Part shown: positions 46,943 to 60,309 of the stretch, piece after piece | Layout of the letters: each line of letters opens with the position of its first letter | How positions within the stretch are numbered: position 1 is the first letter of the stretch | DNA from: an uncultured bacterium | GTDB lineage: Bacteria; Babelota; Babeliae; Babelales; JACPOV01 | Direction of reading: 5' to 3' | DNA length: 64,000 bases | Assembly: GCA_963744715.1 (NCBI GenBank) | Contig: CAVUUR010000006.1 | Span: 1 to 64,000, forward strand | The notes under the pieces: model-generated | What the model was told of the DNA's origin: nothing | Databases searched by the model: none | The model's input: only the letters and a program-made list of their open reading frames with translations | Made by a program: the position numbers and the translations under genes

Positions 46943-47953
46943 CTAATCTAGATGAATGATATTTTTTATGCACATGGCATCTCCTGTTTTTATCCCTCTT
47001 ACTATTGAAGCGCTGCCAACTTCTACAATCTCGTTAGATTCTGTTACATCGCTCCGGCATTGATCAATCCCTCTATGACATTCTTCATGTTCTTGTTTGG
47101 CTAATTCTATTTCTTCTCGAGTGCCTTTAATCATAAAAGAACACGCTTGACCAAAAACATCTCGATTGCAATGGTATATATACTTTACAGAATTATTTGT
47201 ATCATCTATAGCTTTGTTGAAATCAAATAATGCTTTCTGCGACTGATCTAATGAGCCTGGAGCATTAGCCGCTTCTTCCAATTTTAATAAAAATTGATGC
47301 CTCGATAACTCGCGATACTTCTCTTCATGCAGCCTTTTATACCCTTCTGCAAGCTGCAAGTCCTCATATGCCTCAGATACATTATTACATTTTCTGCATG
47401 TATGTATATAAGATACGTTATTTCTATCATATATATCATTCGTATAACGACTCAAAGTATAATTATGTAAATTATTGAAATGCCAAGAGATATTCGCTTG
47501 GACAAAAATCTGTTCAACACAGGTCAAATAATCACTACAATTGATACAATGTTTAACAAATTTTTCAAGTAAATAAAATTTATTTGGCGCAGAAATTAGC
47601 GCATTGCAACTTTCGCATGCTTTCCTAGACTGTATTTCGTTACAGGTATGATCCTGAAATTTCTTGTTACACACTTTCTTATTCCCCGCAAAGAGATAAC
47701 AATTCTCGCAATAACCTTTGGCATCCTTAATCACAATCTGGCCTCTATTTTCAACCTTGATCGGATTCAAATGAGGGCCAGAATCTTCTCCTGCCGTCAA
47801 TATTTCTGCAAGTTTGTAAATATTTGGCATCACAATCGGTTTCTCCAATACTTTTGCCTTACGCTTGCCGCGTGTAGTTATTGCATTGTTTTCCATACCA
47901 TACATAGTATTAAAAAAAACAATCAATCCTATAATTATTAATTTTTTTTTCAT
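46943..47953 (-). CDS. Secreted Cys/His-rich hypothetical protein
   Basis: RBS GGGGGA; signal peptide ending MYG-ME; RGKRKAK; several CxxC...H/C clusters. Confidence 0.6.
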   Translation of the reverse strand: MKKKLIIIGLIVFFNTMYGMENNAITTRGKRKAKVLEKPIVMPNIYKLAEILTAGEDSGPHLNPIKVENRGQIVIKDAKGYCENCYLFAGNKKVCNKKFQDHTCNEIQSRKACESCNALISAPNKFYLLEKFVKHCINCSDYLTCVEQIFVQANISWHFNNLHNYTLSRYTNDIYDRNNVSYIHTCRKCNNVSEAYEDLQLAEGYKRLHEEKYRELSRHQFLLKLEEAANAPGSLDQSQKALFDFNKAIDDTNNSVKYIYHCNRDVFGQACSFMIKGTREEIELAKQEHEECHRGIDQCRSDVTESNEIVEVGSASIVRGIKTGDAMCIKNIIHLD

Positions 47954-48252
47954 GGTTCCCCCTACTGTACCCAATATTTTTAAATCATTTTTTTAAAATG
48001 ATCCACACTATTAATTTCTGCAAAAGATTATTGCGCACAGAAGCTTAGCAAATACTTAATTAAATGTCACATTATTAAGTACGTTAATATTCATGTTTTT
48101 TTACTTGTTTTCTATTTCAACGTAATTAAATATATACAACATCTTCTCTTACATAATCTATTGCAACCTAGGTACATAGCCAAAAAATCATATTTTCGTT
48201 ATACTAATAATCGATTTTTAGACACATAGTTTTAGCATTTAGAGGATTATCA

Positions 48253-50718
<2,466 letters not shown>

Positions 50719-50726
50719 AAAACGTA

Positions 50727-50777
50727 ATTAGAAATACAGTTACATGGTAATATTACTTGTGTAACTGTATTTCTAAT
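50727..50777. terminator. Long stem-loop between convergent leuS and transporter genes
   Basis: attagaaatacagttaca / tgtaactgtatttctaat 18-bp inverted repeat. Confidence 0.65.
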
Positions 50778-50791
50778 ATTAAAAAAGTTTT

Positions 50792-52414
50792 TTATTGTTT
50801 TATTTTCTTATTCCCCAACCTTAACCAATAATATTGTATAAGCTCAAATATTATTATTACCGTAAAAATCCCCAAAAATAATGATAGTAATAAAGATTTG
50901 AAAAAACCACATGCTGTAAAACTTATTCCAAAAACACAATAACTCAACGCTGTCGCAATACCGACCGGCACTACATACCAAATCATAGATTTTATAAGTT
51001 CAAAGTGTTCTGCGCCACAACTGGCTGATGCCATAATGGGATTATCTGAGATTAATGAAATATGTGTCCCCATAACGCAGCCAGAAAGAGTTGCCCCTAT
51101 GATTGGTAATAGTAAGGGAACAGCATCGAGCGATGCTCCTTCCGGTATCGCTATGATAGTTTTAAGCATTGGTATAACGATTGGAAACATAAGTCCTATG
51201 GTACCCCATGCCGACCCAATCATCCAGGCAATGAGGGTGGCAACAATAAAACAACCTGCTGGAAAAAATATTGTATTTACAAAAGAAGAAAACATAGATG
51301 CAATATAAGAACCAGTTTGTAAATCTTGCTTTAAAAGCATACTAAGTGCCCATACATGAACAAGCATTAATAATGATGGAATCATTAATTGAATACCTTG
51401 CCACATCATTGGCCCTATCATTTTTAGTGTAATTTTATTACGTGCTAAGAAAAATAAAAAACTAACTATTACACTGCTCAGACCACCTACTAAAAATGCC
51501 TGTTGAATAGAACCATTTTTTATGGCTTCTGAGAAAGTATGCATACCACCAAACCAACTGATATCTCCCGTTATCAAAAGCATAATAAATACACTGCTAA
51601 TGAGAAAAAAAATTGGAAATACAAAATCAATAAGTGATGCTGATTGCTTTTCATCAGATGTAAATACGTGAACGCTTGTGGGATTCTTTTGATTATCATA
51701 ATACGCCATAGGGCCATATGAAATGCCGCGTAGAACAATATACCATGTACTTATGATCATAAATATTGCATAAAAAATAAAGGGAATCGACATCAAAAAT
51801 ACATAAAAAGGATCTGCATGTATAAGTGCCCTTGAATCTAATACGCCTATCCCAACCTGTTTAAGTTGGCCAACTATTTCACCAACCCAACTTGATAATG
51901 GCGAGAGAATAGCAATTGGTTCTGCCATGGCCGTTACTAAAAATGCTAATTTAACCGAGTTTAATCCATATAAATGAGCAAGCGGTCTCATAATAGAGCC
52001 AACCGTTAAAGCAGAAAAATAATCATCAATAAAAAAAATTAACGAAAGCAGGAGCGATGTTATTTCAGCAGATTTCTGATTTTTAACTTTTTTTTGCGCA
52101 AGTTTAATAAATGCCTGTGTACTTCCCGATTGTTGTAATAAAACAATCAAAATTCCCAATGATATCAAAAAAATGAAAATACTGAGATTCCAATTGGTCC
52201 AAATCGCATGCAAAGAATAAAGTTTACTTAAACCACTGCTTTCTGCCAATCGCTCTACAATCAGGTGCATGGACAAGGATAAATTACCATTTTTTGCTAT
52301 AAAAGCACTGCTAATAATGCCAATCAGAAAAGATACAATCATACGTCGTGTTATCAAAACAGATAACAATACCAATAATGGAGGAACTACAACAATCCAT
52401 GAATTAGTTATCAT
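50792..52414 (-). CDS. NhaC-family Na+/H+ antiporter / amino acid transporter-like protein
   Basis: IFFIDDYF..LTVG..MRP, SPLSSW, GSAWGT, G.H.S.ISD motifs; many TM segments. Confidence 0.85.
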   Translation of the reverse strand: MITNSWIVVVPPLLVLLSVLITRRMIVSFLIGIISSAFIAKNGNLSLSMHLIVERLAESSGLSKLYSLHAIWTNWNLSIFIFLISLGILIVLLQQSGSTQAFIKLAQKKVKNQKSAEITSLLLSLIFFIDDYFSALTVGSIMRPLAHLYGLNSVKLAFLVTAMAEPIAILSPLSSWVGEIVGQLKQVGIGVLDSRALIHADPFYVFLMSIPFIFYAIFMIISTWYIVLRGISYGPMAYYDNQKNPTSVHVFTSDEKQSASLIDFVFPIFFLISSVFIMLLITGDISWFGGMHTFSEAIKNGSIQQAFLVGGLSSVIVSFLFFLARNKITLKMIGPMMWQGIQLMIPSLLMLVHVWALSMLLKQDLQTGSYIASMFSSFVNTIFFPAGCFIVATLIAWMIGSAWGTIGLMFPIVIPMLKTIIAIPEGASLDAVPLLLPIIGATLSGCVMGTHISLISDNPIMASASCGAEHFELIKSMIWYVVPVGIATALSYCVFGISFTACGFFKSLLLSLFLGIFTVIIIFELIQYYWLRLGNKKIKQ

Positions 52415-52758
52415 TTAAGTCTCCCCCTGTGCTTGCTCGGTTAATCTTCTCAATAGAAATACAGGTGATATTATCTTTACTAAGAGTGTGATTTGTCCTA
52501 AAGAACGGTGAGATTGCATTATAATAAGTATTTGATGCACTAAAACATCCGTGTCCCTTAAAAAAGGGAATTCTATAATTATGAGCCATGTTAAATCCAA
52601 AAAAATTAAATATATAAATCAATTAAATTAATAATATAAAAAAATAAATATAGAGGGGCACAAAAAACTAATGTATAACATTACAATTTATGCACTAAAA
52701 AATATTATTTTGTTTATTTACTAAAAAAGGGAAATAAGTAGTAGAAAATAAACAGTAA

Positions 52759-52899
52759 TTACTGTTTTCGTTTGGGAAAACGTTTGAGGTAACGTTTTGA
52801 AAGAGAAAAAGAAGAAGAAAAAATAGAAAAAGTTGTTAATGCTGTCAGTTGATCTGCTAGCAGTTGCCTAAAATGATAAAAATTGGTTGTGCTACCCAT
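52759..52899 (-). CDS. 46-aa small ORF (below the ORF-track cutoff)
   Basis: AAGGAG RBS 7 nt before ATG; MGSTTNFYHFRQLLADQLTALTTFSIFSSSFSLSKRYLKRFPKRKQ. Confidence 0.35.
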   Translation of the reverse strand: MGSTTNFYHFRQLLADQLTALTTFSIFSSSFSLSKRYLKRFPKRKQ

Positions 52900-53003
52900 T
52901 TGTTAACTCCTTATAGTTAAGCACATTGAAATATTATCATTATAAATGTAATTATTTTTGTTCTGTTTGTCAAATATTAATTTTTTTTGCTAACTATTGA
53001 ATC

Positions 53004-53034
53004 AAAAAAGGGTGCACTGATTCGATGCACCCTT
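53004..53034 (-). terminator. Rho-independent terminator of the Bax-inhibitor gene
   Basis: aagggtgca/tgcaccctt stem followed by a T run on the minus strand. Confidence 0.65.
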
Positions 53035-53057
53035 GAATACTAGCAATAAAATAGTAG

Positions 53058-53753
53058 TTACTCTTGTCTATTTTTACCCATAACACGTAATAAAAATAAG
53101 AATAAGTTAATAAAATCAAGATAGAGCGTTAATGCACCTACAATGGCGACTTTATTAACGACTTCACCTTGGCCAACCAACGCAGAACCAAGTTGTTTTA
53201 TTTTTTGACTATCGTACGCTGTTAGTAAGGTAAAAACGCCAACACCAATCAGCGAAATAATATAATCGGCAGCGGCACTTTTAACAAATAAATTAACCAA
53301 TAATGCAATGATGATACCAAATAATCCCATACGCGCTATCGAACCAACGCCGGTTAAATCATCTTTTGTTACATAACCGTAGATTGCCATAGAACCAAAC
53401 ATTCCAGCAGTTACCGCAAAAGCGAGATAAATGGAGGAAGAGGTATAGGCATAAAAAATTGATGAAAGTGTAACGCCCGTTAACACTGAGTATGCTATAA
53501 ATGCCATTGTTGCTGCTGCAGTGCTCATGCGCATTACAAAACCTGATAATGCAATAACGAGTGCGAGTTGTGCAATAAAAAGGCCAATAATAATATAAAA
53601 ATGTTTAAAAATAGCATTAAATAATGCGGTATTGGTGTACACGTAAAATGCAGTTCCCGCGGTTATTGCTAATCCTGCCGCCATCCATCCGTATACTTTA
53701 TACATGAATGATGAGGCCGTACCACTGGCTGAATAATTGTTGTTGTAATACAT
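53058..53753 (-). CDS. Bax inhibitor-1/YccA-family membrane protein
   Basis: FMYKVYGWM, LTAYDSQKIK, ALTLYLDFINLF. Confidence 0.92.
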   Translation of the reverse strand: MYYNNNYSASGTASSFMYKVYGWMAAGLAITAGTAFYVYTNTALFNAIFKHFYIIIGLFIAQLALVIALSGFVMRMSTAAATMAFIAYSVLTGVTLSSIFYAYTSSSIYLAFAVTAGMFGSMAIYGYVTKDDLTGVGSIARMGLFGIIIALLVNLFVKSAAADYIISLIGVGVFTLLTAYDSQKIKQLGSALVGQGEVVNKVAIVGALTLYLDFINLFLFLLRVMGKNRQE

Positions 53754-53915
53754 AAAAACTCCTTTACCAATTAATAATGAGAAAGATTTCATCCTTTATA
53801 ATACGAAAAAAATCTGTACTATGCAATAGTAAAGGCCTGATGCCATGATACTTGCACTTTTTACTTATAGTTAAGTACAGTAAGAGAAAACTATAATTGC
53901 TTAAGGAGATACAAA

Positions 53916-54458
53916 ATGACCGGTAAAAAAAAATTATATGGTGCGTATATGTATGTACTATCAAGTTTATTGTTAGCGCAATTTAGTTCACAACAATCTT
54001 CAACAGGACACGAAAAACCAAACGTAAATTTTTTTGGTGAGCTCAAAGACCAAAGCGGCAATACCTATAACGTAGAAAATATTACTATTTCAGGACTTTA
54101 TAAACAAGTTCCTTTTTATAAGGTTCCCCCGCGCCCAACCATGAATCCTGATACCAATACCACCCGTATTGATCTGGAAGAAATATATCAAATTTCTGTT
54201 CCTTATAAAGGTGATGTCCCTAAAACATATACGTTAAATAAACGGGAATATATAGAAATTGAAGTTACCTATAATGATAGCGTAAAAACGAAAAGCTCGT
54301 ATATTATTGAAAAACGCAGAAAATTATATTGTGATCAACTAAGCGATGCGGGGATTATTCAAAAAGAGCTTTCTTTTGAAGCCGTAGATTACCTTATAAT
54401 AAAGGGCCATAGAGAACATGATGAAAAAAAATCTAACAAACTTTCTGAATTAGACTAA
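53916..54458 (+). CDS. Hypothetical secreted protein
   Basis: RBS AAGGAG; signal-like N-terminus. Confidence 0.6.
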   Translation: MTGKKKLYGAYMYVLSSLLLAQFSSQQSSTGHEKPNVNFFGELKDQSGNTYNVENITISGLYKQVPFYKVPPRPTMNPDTNTTRIDLEEIYQISVPYKGDVPKTYTLNKREYIEIEVTYNDSVKTKSSYIIEKRRKLYCDQLSDAGIIQKELSFEAVDYLIIKGHREHDEKKSNKLSELD

Positions 54459-54535
54459 TTGGATCTTTCCCAATTTTTTATTTTTGTATATAGTTTTTAA
54501 AGAACTATGTACATTTTTTTAACAAGGAATACGCA

Positions 54536-54856
54536 ATGCCTGTCTTAATTACCAAAGATAACTACGATAAAGAAATCGTTAAGTCAACATTACCGATTGT
54601 TTTAGATGTTTTTGCCACCTGGTGCGGACCATGTAATCAAATGATGCCAACATTTGAAGAATTAGAAAAAGAATTGGGATCTCAGTATAGATTTGCTAAA
54701 TTAAATGTAGATGAATCACGAGAATTAGCCATTCAATTTGGCATTACTTCAATTCCAACCTTTGTCTTTATCAAAAATAATGAAATAAAGGCCAAAGAAG
54801 TTGGTTACATGAGTAAAGATGATTTACGAAAAAAAATAACTACTTCTCTCGCATAA
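54536..54856 (+). CDS. trxA: Thioredoxin
   Basis: DVFATWCGPC, LNVDE, SIPT. Confidence 0.92.
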   Translation: MPVLITKDNYDKEIVKSTLPIVLDVFATWCGPCNQMMPTFEELEKELGSQYRFAKLNVDESRELAIQFGITSIPTFVFIKNNEIKAKEVGYMSKDDLRKKITTSLA

Positions 54857-54861
54857 TAATT

Positions 54862-54890
54862 AAGCCAGGAAAATATCCTGGCTTTTTTTT
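54862..54890 (+). terminator. Rho-independent terminator
   Basis: aagccagga/tcctggctt stem followed by a T run. Confidence 0.8.
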
Positions 54891-54892
54891 GC

Positions 54893-55663
54893 CTATGATG
54901 CGCGTGGAAACCATGGGAAAAATGCATTGGTTTCTTTTTTGTATTGTTGATATGCAATACTTCTTTCAAATGTTTTTTCTGCTAAAGGAATACCGGATAC
55001 AAACAGCAACAAATAGGTTAATAACAATGGGCTTATAATGGTTGTAAACCCAAAAGGAACTGGTAATGCAAGTAAAAATATGCCCCACCACATACTACTT
55101 TCACCAAAATAATTCGGGTGGCGTGTAAATCGCCATAATCCAGTTTTCATAACCATTTCTTGATCACGCCGATGCCCCAAAAATTGGCGCAATTGATAAT
55201 CAGCTATTGTTTCAATCAAAAAACCGCTCATCCATAGTAAAAAACCAATACTATCAAACCACCTTAATGGCACCGGCACGCTCGTATTTATTAATAACAC
55301 TGGATACGAAATAACTATGATTAAAAAACCTTGCAGCATAAAAATAAATACAAAAGCTTTGAACCGTGCATACTGACCCCATTTAGCACGCCACGTACGA
55401 TAACGTGGATCTTCACCATGCTTATAATTCCGCATAAGAAGGTAATACGAAATACGAATTCCCCATAATAGTACCAATAGGGTAACCCCTATACTACGCC
55501 CGTAAAAATTGTTGGAAATTATTAATGAACTAAGTGCAAGAATGATAAACCCTATACCCCATCCAACGTCAGCTATACTGTTATCCCGTTTATATTGGGC
55601 AATAATAAATAAGACTGTCATGTAACAAAAAATAAGTAGTGGTGCTAACAAAAACCAACTCAT
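54893..55663 (-). CDS. DUF1295 / steroid 5-alpha-reductase-like membrane protein
   Basis: SIADVGWG, GEDPRY, ETIADYQ, GLWRFTRHPNYFGE. Confidence 0.9.
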   Translation of the reverse strand: MSWFLLAPLLIFCYMTVLFIIAQYKRDNSIADVGWGIGFIILALSSLIISNNFYGRSIGVTLLVLLWGIRISYYLLMRNYKHGEDPRYRTWRAKWGQYARFKAFVFIFMLQGFLIIVISYPVLLINTSVPVPLRWFDSIGFLLWMSGFLIETIADYQLRQFLGHRRDQEMVMKTGLWRFTRHPNYFGESSMWWGIFLLALPVPFGFTTIISPLLLTYLLLFVSGIPLAEKTFERSIAYQQYKKETNAFFPWFPRAS

Positions 55664-55762
55664 ACATTCCCCTTTTTTTGATAATAGGTCTTTTTTATAT
55701 TCAATATAATATTGCTATCATATTGATAATACTATCATCAATAATTTATGGTTCAGCACTAA

Positions 55763-58336
55763 TTAGAATTCGTGATAGGCACTAAAATGAATTTCGCTTC
55801 TATTTTCGCCTCTGCGTGGATCAAGCTTGAAACCCCAATCAACTTTCATAGGAGTTGGCCTGAGCAATCTAACACCAAAACCTATAGCATGCCGATAGCT
55901 AAACGAATTATTTCTTAATCTAATTTTAGCAATTTCATCGGCATCTGGCGTATCCCAACCGGCACCACCATCATAAAAAAGAGCACCCTTCATAGAAAAA
56001 TCACGCGAAATCGGGAAGGACAATTCAGCATTAAGCCAAAATGCTTTTTGAGCGCCCAGAATATTTCTTTTGCCTGGATTAAGAGGGCTAACCAAATTAG
56101 GACCAATTTCACCAAATAAAAATCCTCTGACACTTGCAGGACCACCAACATTATATAGTTCGCGGAATGGGATGGTGCGATTTTTAAACGGAACCACTAA
56201 ACCTAAGTGTCCATGTAAACAGAATACTAAATCACGCTCTCCAATAAGTGGTGAATACCAACTTGCATCAAGATCTAGTTTAAAGAATCCAAATTCTCTT
56301 CGTTCATTACCATTAGTAAATGCTATCTTGGTTTGGCCAAACCATTGGTATCCACGGCTTGGATGCAACGGATGGTTGCGAACATCTTTTGATAGTTGTC
56401 CACCAAACCAAATAAAGTTACCGCTGGCAAATCTCTTATTTAATATTTCTTGTAATTCAATACGTTCTTCCGGTGTTAATGCCTGATCTGATACTTTTGG
56501 AAGATTTTTATAGGTCACCCCTTCAAACCCCAATTTAAATCCTGCAAGGGAATCTAATAATTTTTGTGAAAGAAAACCTATATTTATCGAACCACCCGTA
56601 ATTTCTTCATGAATCTCATTCTTTTCAAGAAAGTTAAATTCATCATACAGTGAACGGCGAGAGAAAACATCAACACCGGCACTGATAGGACGATCAAACA
56701 ACCATGGATCAGTAAGGTTAAAGAGTATATTACGTTCTTCCTTGGAAATTTCCCCATTTAAATTAAATTGAATACCACGTCCAAATAAATTGGTATCACT
56801 AGCCCCCATTTTTAAACTCAATGACTTCATGGGAGAAGAGAAATCTTCAGGAGAACCATTAAAACCGAGTTGCCACTCTAATCTGCCAGTTTTTACTTCT
56901 TTAACAATCAAATCCAACGTTGCTTTATTTTTATCAATACGATTAATTTTCCAATTGACACCATTGCGTGTATCAAAATAACCAAGCAATTCTACGCGAT
57001 TTTTTGATTCATCCATTGCCTGCGTTGTTAATAAACCACCTTCTTTGAGAGTAAGTTGGCGACGAATCACTCTATCATAGGTCTTTTCATTACCAATAAT
57101 ATTAATTCTGTCCAAATATACTTTTGATCCTAATTCGCTATAGAAACCGATTGCCACTGTTTTATTATCATCGTCAGGTTGAATTGATGGTTCAATATCG
57201 GCATTAATATACCCATATTCACCCCACAATAATCGTAAAACTTCCATTGATTCTCTGATTTTTTCTTTCGAATATAAATCACCAACTCTAACAGGAAGTT
57301 GTGCTAATAAAATATCCTCAGAGATAAGCTCATTACCAGGAACCTTGATAGAACTTATGGTATATTGCTCTCCTTCTTGAATAGAGAAGGTAACATTTAC
57401 CCGCTCACGTTTAGCATCCATATCTATGTTTACATCAATAACGTGAGCATTTAAAAATCCATTACTTTGATAATAGTTTTCAATAGTATGCCTATCACCT
57501 TCAATAGCATCTGGTTGATAGCTTCCTGCTCTATCTAAAAAACCGAGCAACCAATCTTCACGAGTAAAGATAAGACTACGTAGCTTTTTGCTCGTAAAAT
57601 AGGAATTGCCAGTAAAAAAAACCCGTTTCACGAGTGATTTGTGATTTTCTTTAATATCAAAAACAACCGTCGCTTTATTATCATCCGTTTGTAACGATGC
57701 TTGAATCTGCACATTATGATAATCTTTATCACGATACATTTTTTTAAGAATCGCTACATATTTGGCAAGGTCTTCTTCATCAACTGCGGATAGTTGAGAA
57801 AAATTAACTTTCTTTTTTATGTCTTTTTCAGTTAAATGAACATTACCTTTAAAAACAACGCCTTCGATAAATTTCTTTTCTTGAACCACAACAATAAGAT
57901 TCATGGTATCTGCATCAATAGTTTGCCCAAGAACTCTAACATGCTTGAAATATCCCAAACTATATATATTTTTGATGAGTGCGTTGGTTTTTTGCTTATC
58001 AAAAACCTCCCCAACCTTGTAAGGAATTTTACGCATAACCGCTTCAAGCGGGATATGATTTACCCCTTCTATAATAATATTCTTAATAGTTTTTGGTGTT
58101 TTTATCGGTTCAATAACTTCTTCAAGTTCACGATCATCATCTTCTTCTTGTTCTGATTGATCACCATCCACATCATCTTCTTGAGTATCAATACCCTCAG
58201 TATCATCAAAATCTTGTGCATTCGCTGGATCTGCAAGAATTTGAGCATACATCAAATCTAGTGGATATACGCTAACCATCAAAACAATTAAAAAAAATCG
58301 CAAGCAATAGACTATTCTTGACTGCGCTGATATCAT
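55763..58336 (-). CDS. bamA: Outer-membrane protein assembly factor BamA
   Basis: POTRA repeats, SVRGF motif, C-terminal barrel; acidic N-terminal linker; start chosen from RBS AGGAG. Confidence 0.93.
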   Translation of the reverse strand: MISAQSRIVYCLRFFLIVLMVSVYPLDLMYAQILADPANAQDFDDTEGIDTQEDDVDGDQSEQEEDDDRELEEVIEPIKTPKTIKNIIIEGVNHIPLEAVMRKIPYKVGEVFDKQKTNALIKNIYSLGYFKHVRVLGQTIDADTMNLIVVVQEKKFIEGVVFKGNVHLTEKDIKKKVNFSQLSAVDEEDLAKYVAILKKMYRDKDYHNVQIQASLQTDDNKATVVFDIKENHKSLVKRVFFTGNSYFTSKKLRSLIFTREDWLLGFLDRAGSYQPDAIEGDRHTIENYYQSNGFLNAHVIDVNIDMDAKRERVNVTFSIQEGEQYTISSIKVPGNELISEDILLAQLPVRVGDLYSKEKIRESMEVLRLLWGEYGYINADIEPSIQPDDDNKTVAIGFYSELGSKVYLDRINIIGNEKTYDRVIRRQLTLKEGGLLTTQAMDESKNRVELLGYFDTRNGVNWKINRIDKNKATLDLIVKEVKTGRLEWQLGFNGSPEDFSSPMKSLSLKMGASDTNLFGRGIQFNLNGEISKEERNILFNLTDPWLFDRPISAGVDVFSRRSLYDEFNFLEKNEIHEEITGGSINIGFLSQKLLDSLAGFKLGFEGVTYKNLPKVSDQALTPEERIELQEILNKRFASGNFIWFGGQLSKDVRNHPLHPSRGYQWFGQTKIAFTNGNERREFGFFKLDLDASWYSPLIGERDLVFCLHGHLGLVVPFKNRTIPFRELYNVGGPASVRGFLFGEIGPNLVSPLNPGKRNILGAQKAFWLNAELSFPISRDFSMKGALFYDGGAGWDTPDADEIAKIRLRNNSFSYRHAIGFGVRLLRPTPMKVDWGFKLDPRRGENRSEIHFSAYHEF

Positions 58337-58528
58337 GTAATGCGCTCCTAACTTTATAAAGCTGTAATGTTTCATTTTTTTTGGTTCATGTAATAAAGTT
58401 AAGAATTTAGGATACCTTTTTTTTAAAAATTGACCAGAGAAGCCAATTTTTTTTACTATCTTTAATATATATAATATATTTTTTTTACATATGTAATTTA
58501 TTATTTCATAGCACATTAGGAATGTTTC

Positions 58529-59875
58529 ATGTTGAAAATTATTAATACATTAACTGGAAAAAAACAATCGGTTATTCCACTCAAAAATAAAACCATTACC
58601 TTATACGTGTGCGGCATTACTCCTTATGATTATCCACATATAGGACACGGTCGGGTATATGTCATGTTTGATCTTCTTTATCGCCTTTTGGTTTTTCTCG
58701 GTTATCACGTAATCTACTGCCGCAATTTTACGGACATCGATGATAAATTATTAAAAAAAGCGGAAGAACAATTCGGCAACCAAGCTCGTTATCATGAAAT
58801 AGCTCGTCATTTTATTGATGCATTTCATGAAGATCTAGCAGCTTTACATTGCCTTACTCCTACCTATGAGCCATTAGTGACAGAACATATCCCGGAAATT
58901 ATCACATTCATAACTGGATTATTGCAAACCGGTAAAGCCTATCGTGTTAATGGTGACATTTATTTTAGTATAGAGCAATTTCCAGATTATGGAAAATTAT
59001 CTAAACAGCACCTTGAACAACTTCGTGCCGGGCAACGAGTAGAAATAAATGAAGCAAAAAAAGACCCTCTCGATTTTGCGTTGTGGAAAAGTGAGCCCGA
59101 AGGTACTTTTTGGAAAAGTCCGTGGGGATACGGAAGACCGGGCTGGCACATTGAATGTTCTGCGCTAGCAAAACGTTACTTAGGAGATCAAGTCGATATG
59201 CATGGAGGAGGTATGGATCTTATATTCCCTCATCATGAAAATGAAATTGCACAATCGGAAGGGTTAACCGGCAAACCGTTCGTACATTTATGGATGCATT
59301 GTGCTTTTGTGCGCATTAATAAAGAGAAAATGTCAAAATCTCTAGGTAATTTTTTTACGTTGCGTGAGGTTTTTCGTGATGTTGATCCAATGGTACTTCG
59401 TTTTTATTATTTAAGTCATCATTACCGCTCACCGTTAGATTTTTCTTTTGAAGATCTTGCCGTAGCACAAAAAACATATCAAAAATTATGCTTATTTTTC
59501 GCACCACACACCTGCAACAAAACATATTCACAGGACGAATTGATTACCATGCCGGTTATTAAAGAAATGCTTGAGTTTCTGCAAGACGATTTAAATACAC
59601 CGGGCATGTTTGGCGTGCTTTTTACCTATATACACAAAGCACCTCATGACGAAAAAACTATAGGTGCACTACAATACTTTTTGAATACCGTACTTGGCTT
59701 GTCGCTACAACCACTACCGGAAAAACAGGTTGCTATCACACCGGAAATTCAAACGTTACTTGATCAACGAGAAGCCGCACGCGTAGTAAAAGATTGGGCA
59801 CGCGCAGATCAGTTGCGCAAACAATTAGAAGAGCTGGGAATAAACGTACATGACAAAAAAATTAATAAACCTTAA
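58529..59875 (+). CDS. cysS: Cysteinyl-tRNA synthetase
   Basis: YVCGIT.YD.PHIGH, GRPGWHIECS, FPHHENE, KMSKS. Confidence 0.97.
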   Translation: MLKIINTLTGKKQSVIPLKNKTITLYVCGITPYDYPHIGHGRVYVMFDLLYRLLVFLGYHVIYCRNFTDIDDKLLKKAEEQFGNQARYHEIARHFIDAFHEDLAALHCLTPTYEPLVTEHIPEIITFITGLLQTGKAYRVNGDIYFSIEQFPDYGKLSKQHLEQLRAGQRVEINEAKKDPLDFALWKSEPEGTFWKSPWGYGRPGWHIECSALAKRYLGDQVDMHGGGMDLIFPHHENEIAQSEGLTGKPFVHLWMHCAFVRINKEKMSKSLGNFFTLREVFRDVDPMVLRFYYLSHHYRSPLDFSFEDLAVAQKTYQKLCLFFAPHTCNKTYSQDELITMPVIKEMLEFLQDDLNTPGMFGVLFTYIHKAPHDEKTIGALQYFLNTVLGLSLQPLPEKQVAITPEIQTLLDQREAARVVKDWARADQLRKQLEELGINVHDKKINKP

Positions 59876-60212
59876 CTGTTTTTTGTCATTAATTATTAAT
59901 CGCATGTACGCTTATAGTATGGAAGAAAATCAGTTTACTGATCACAGAAAAAAAGTTGCACGACAACATGCATTACAACTAGGGACATGTTTTAATTTTA
60001 ATTCCTATGTAACTAGCATGATGCCAGATAAAGTTAATAGAAAACGAATAATGAATGACATCAATGAACTTGAACTCTTACAACCCACTATATTCAAACA
60101 TGTACTAATGCATCTAAATCTGCCTGCTGTTATTACAAAAGCAAAACAAAATCATGATACTAAATTATTATATTTTCTAAACACAAAAGGTCTCATAGAT
60201 ACTGAAAAATAG
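59850..60212 (+). CDS. Small secreted hypothetical protein
   Basis: Signal-like start ending YAYS-ME; C-terminus similar to the next ORF. Confidence 0.5.
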   Translation: MTKKLINLNCFLSLIINRMYAYSMEENQFTDHRKKVARQHALQLGTCFNFNSYVTSMMPDKVNRKRIMNDINELELLQPTIFKHVLMHLNLPAVITKAKQNHDTKLLYFLNTKGLIDTEK

Positions 60213-60309
60213 TACTCATTATTATGAATATTCACATTGATCTTTATACAACAAAAGGTATACTGGCCCAGTAAAATTTATTAACTTCTACATGTTCAGG
60301 GGAATTATC

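Noticed and set aside
52415..52750. Lysine riboswitch upstream of the NhaC-family gene
   Set aside because: I could not find the conserved riboswitch core motifs; the region is mostly AT-rich. An Rfam scan would settle it.
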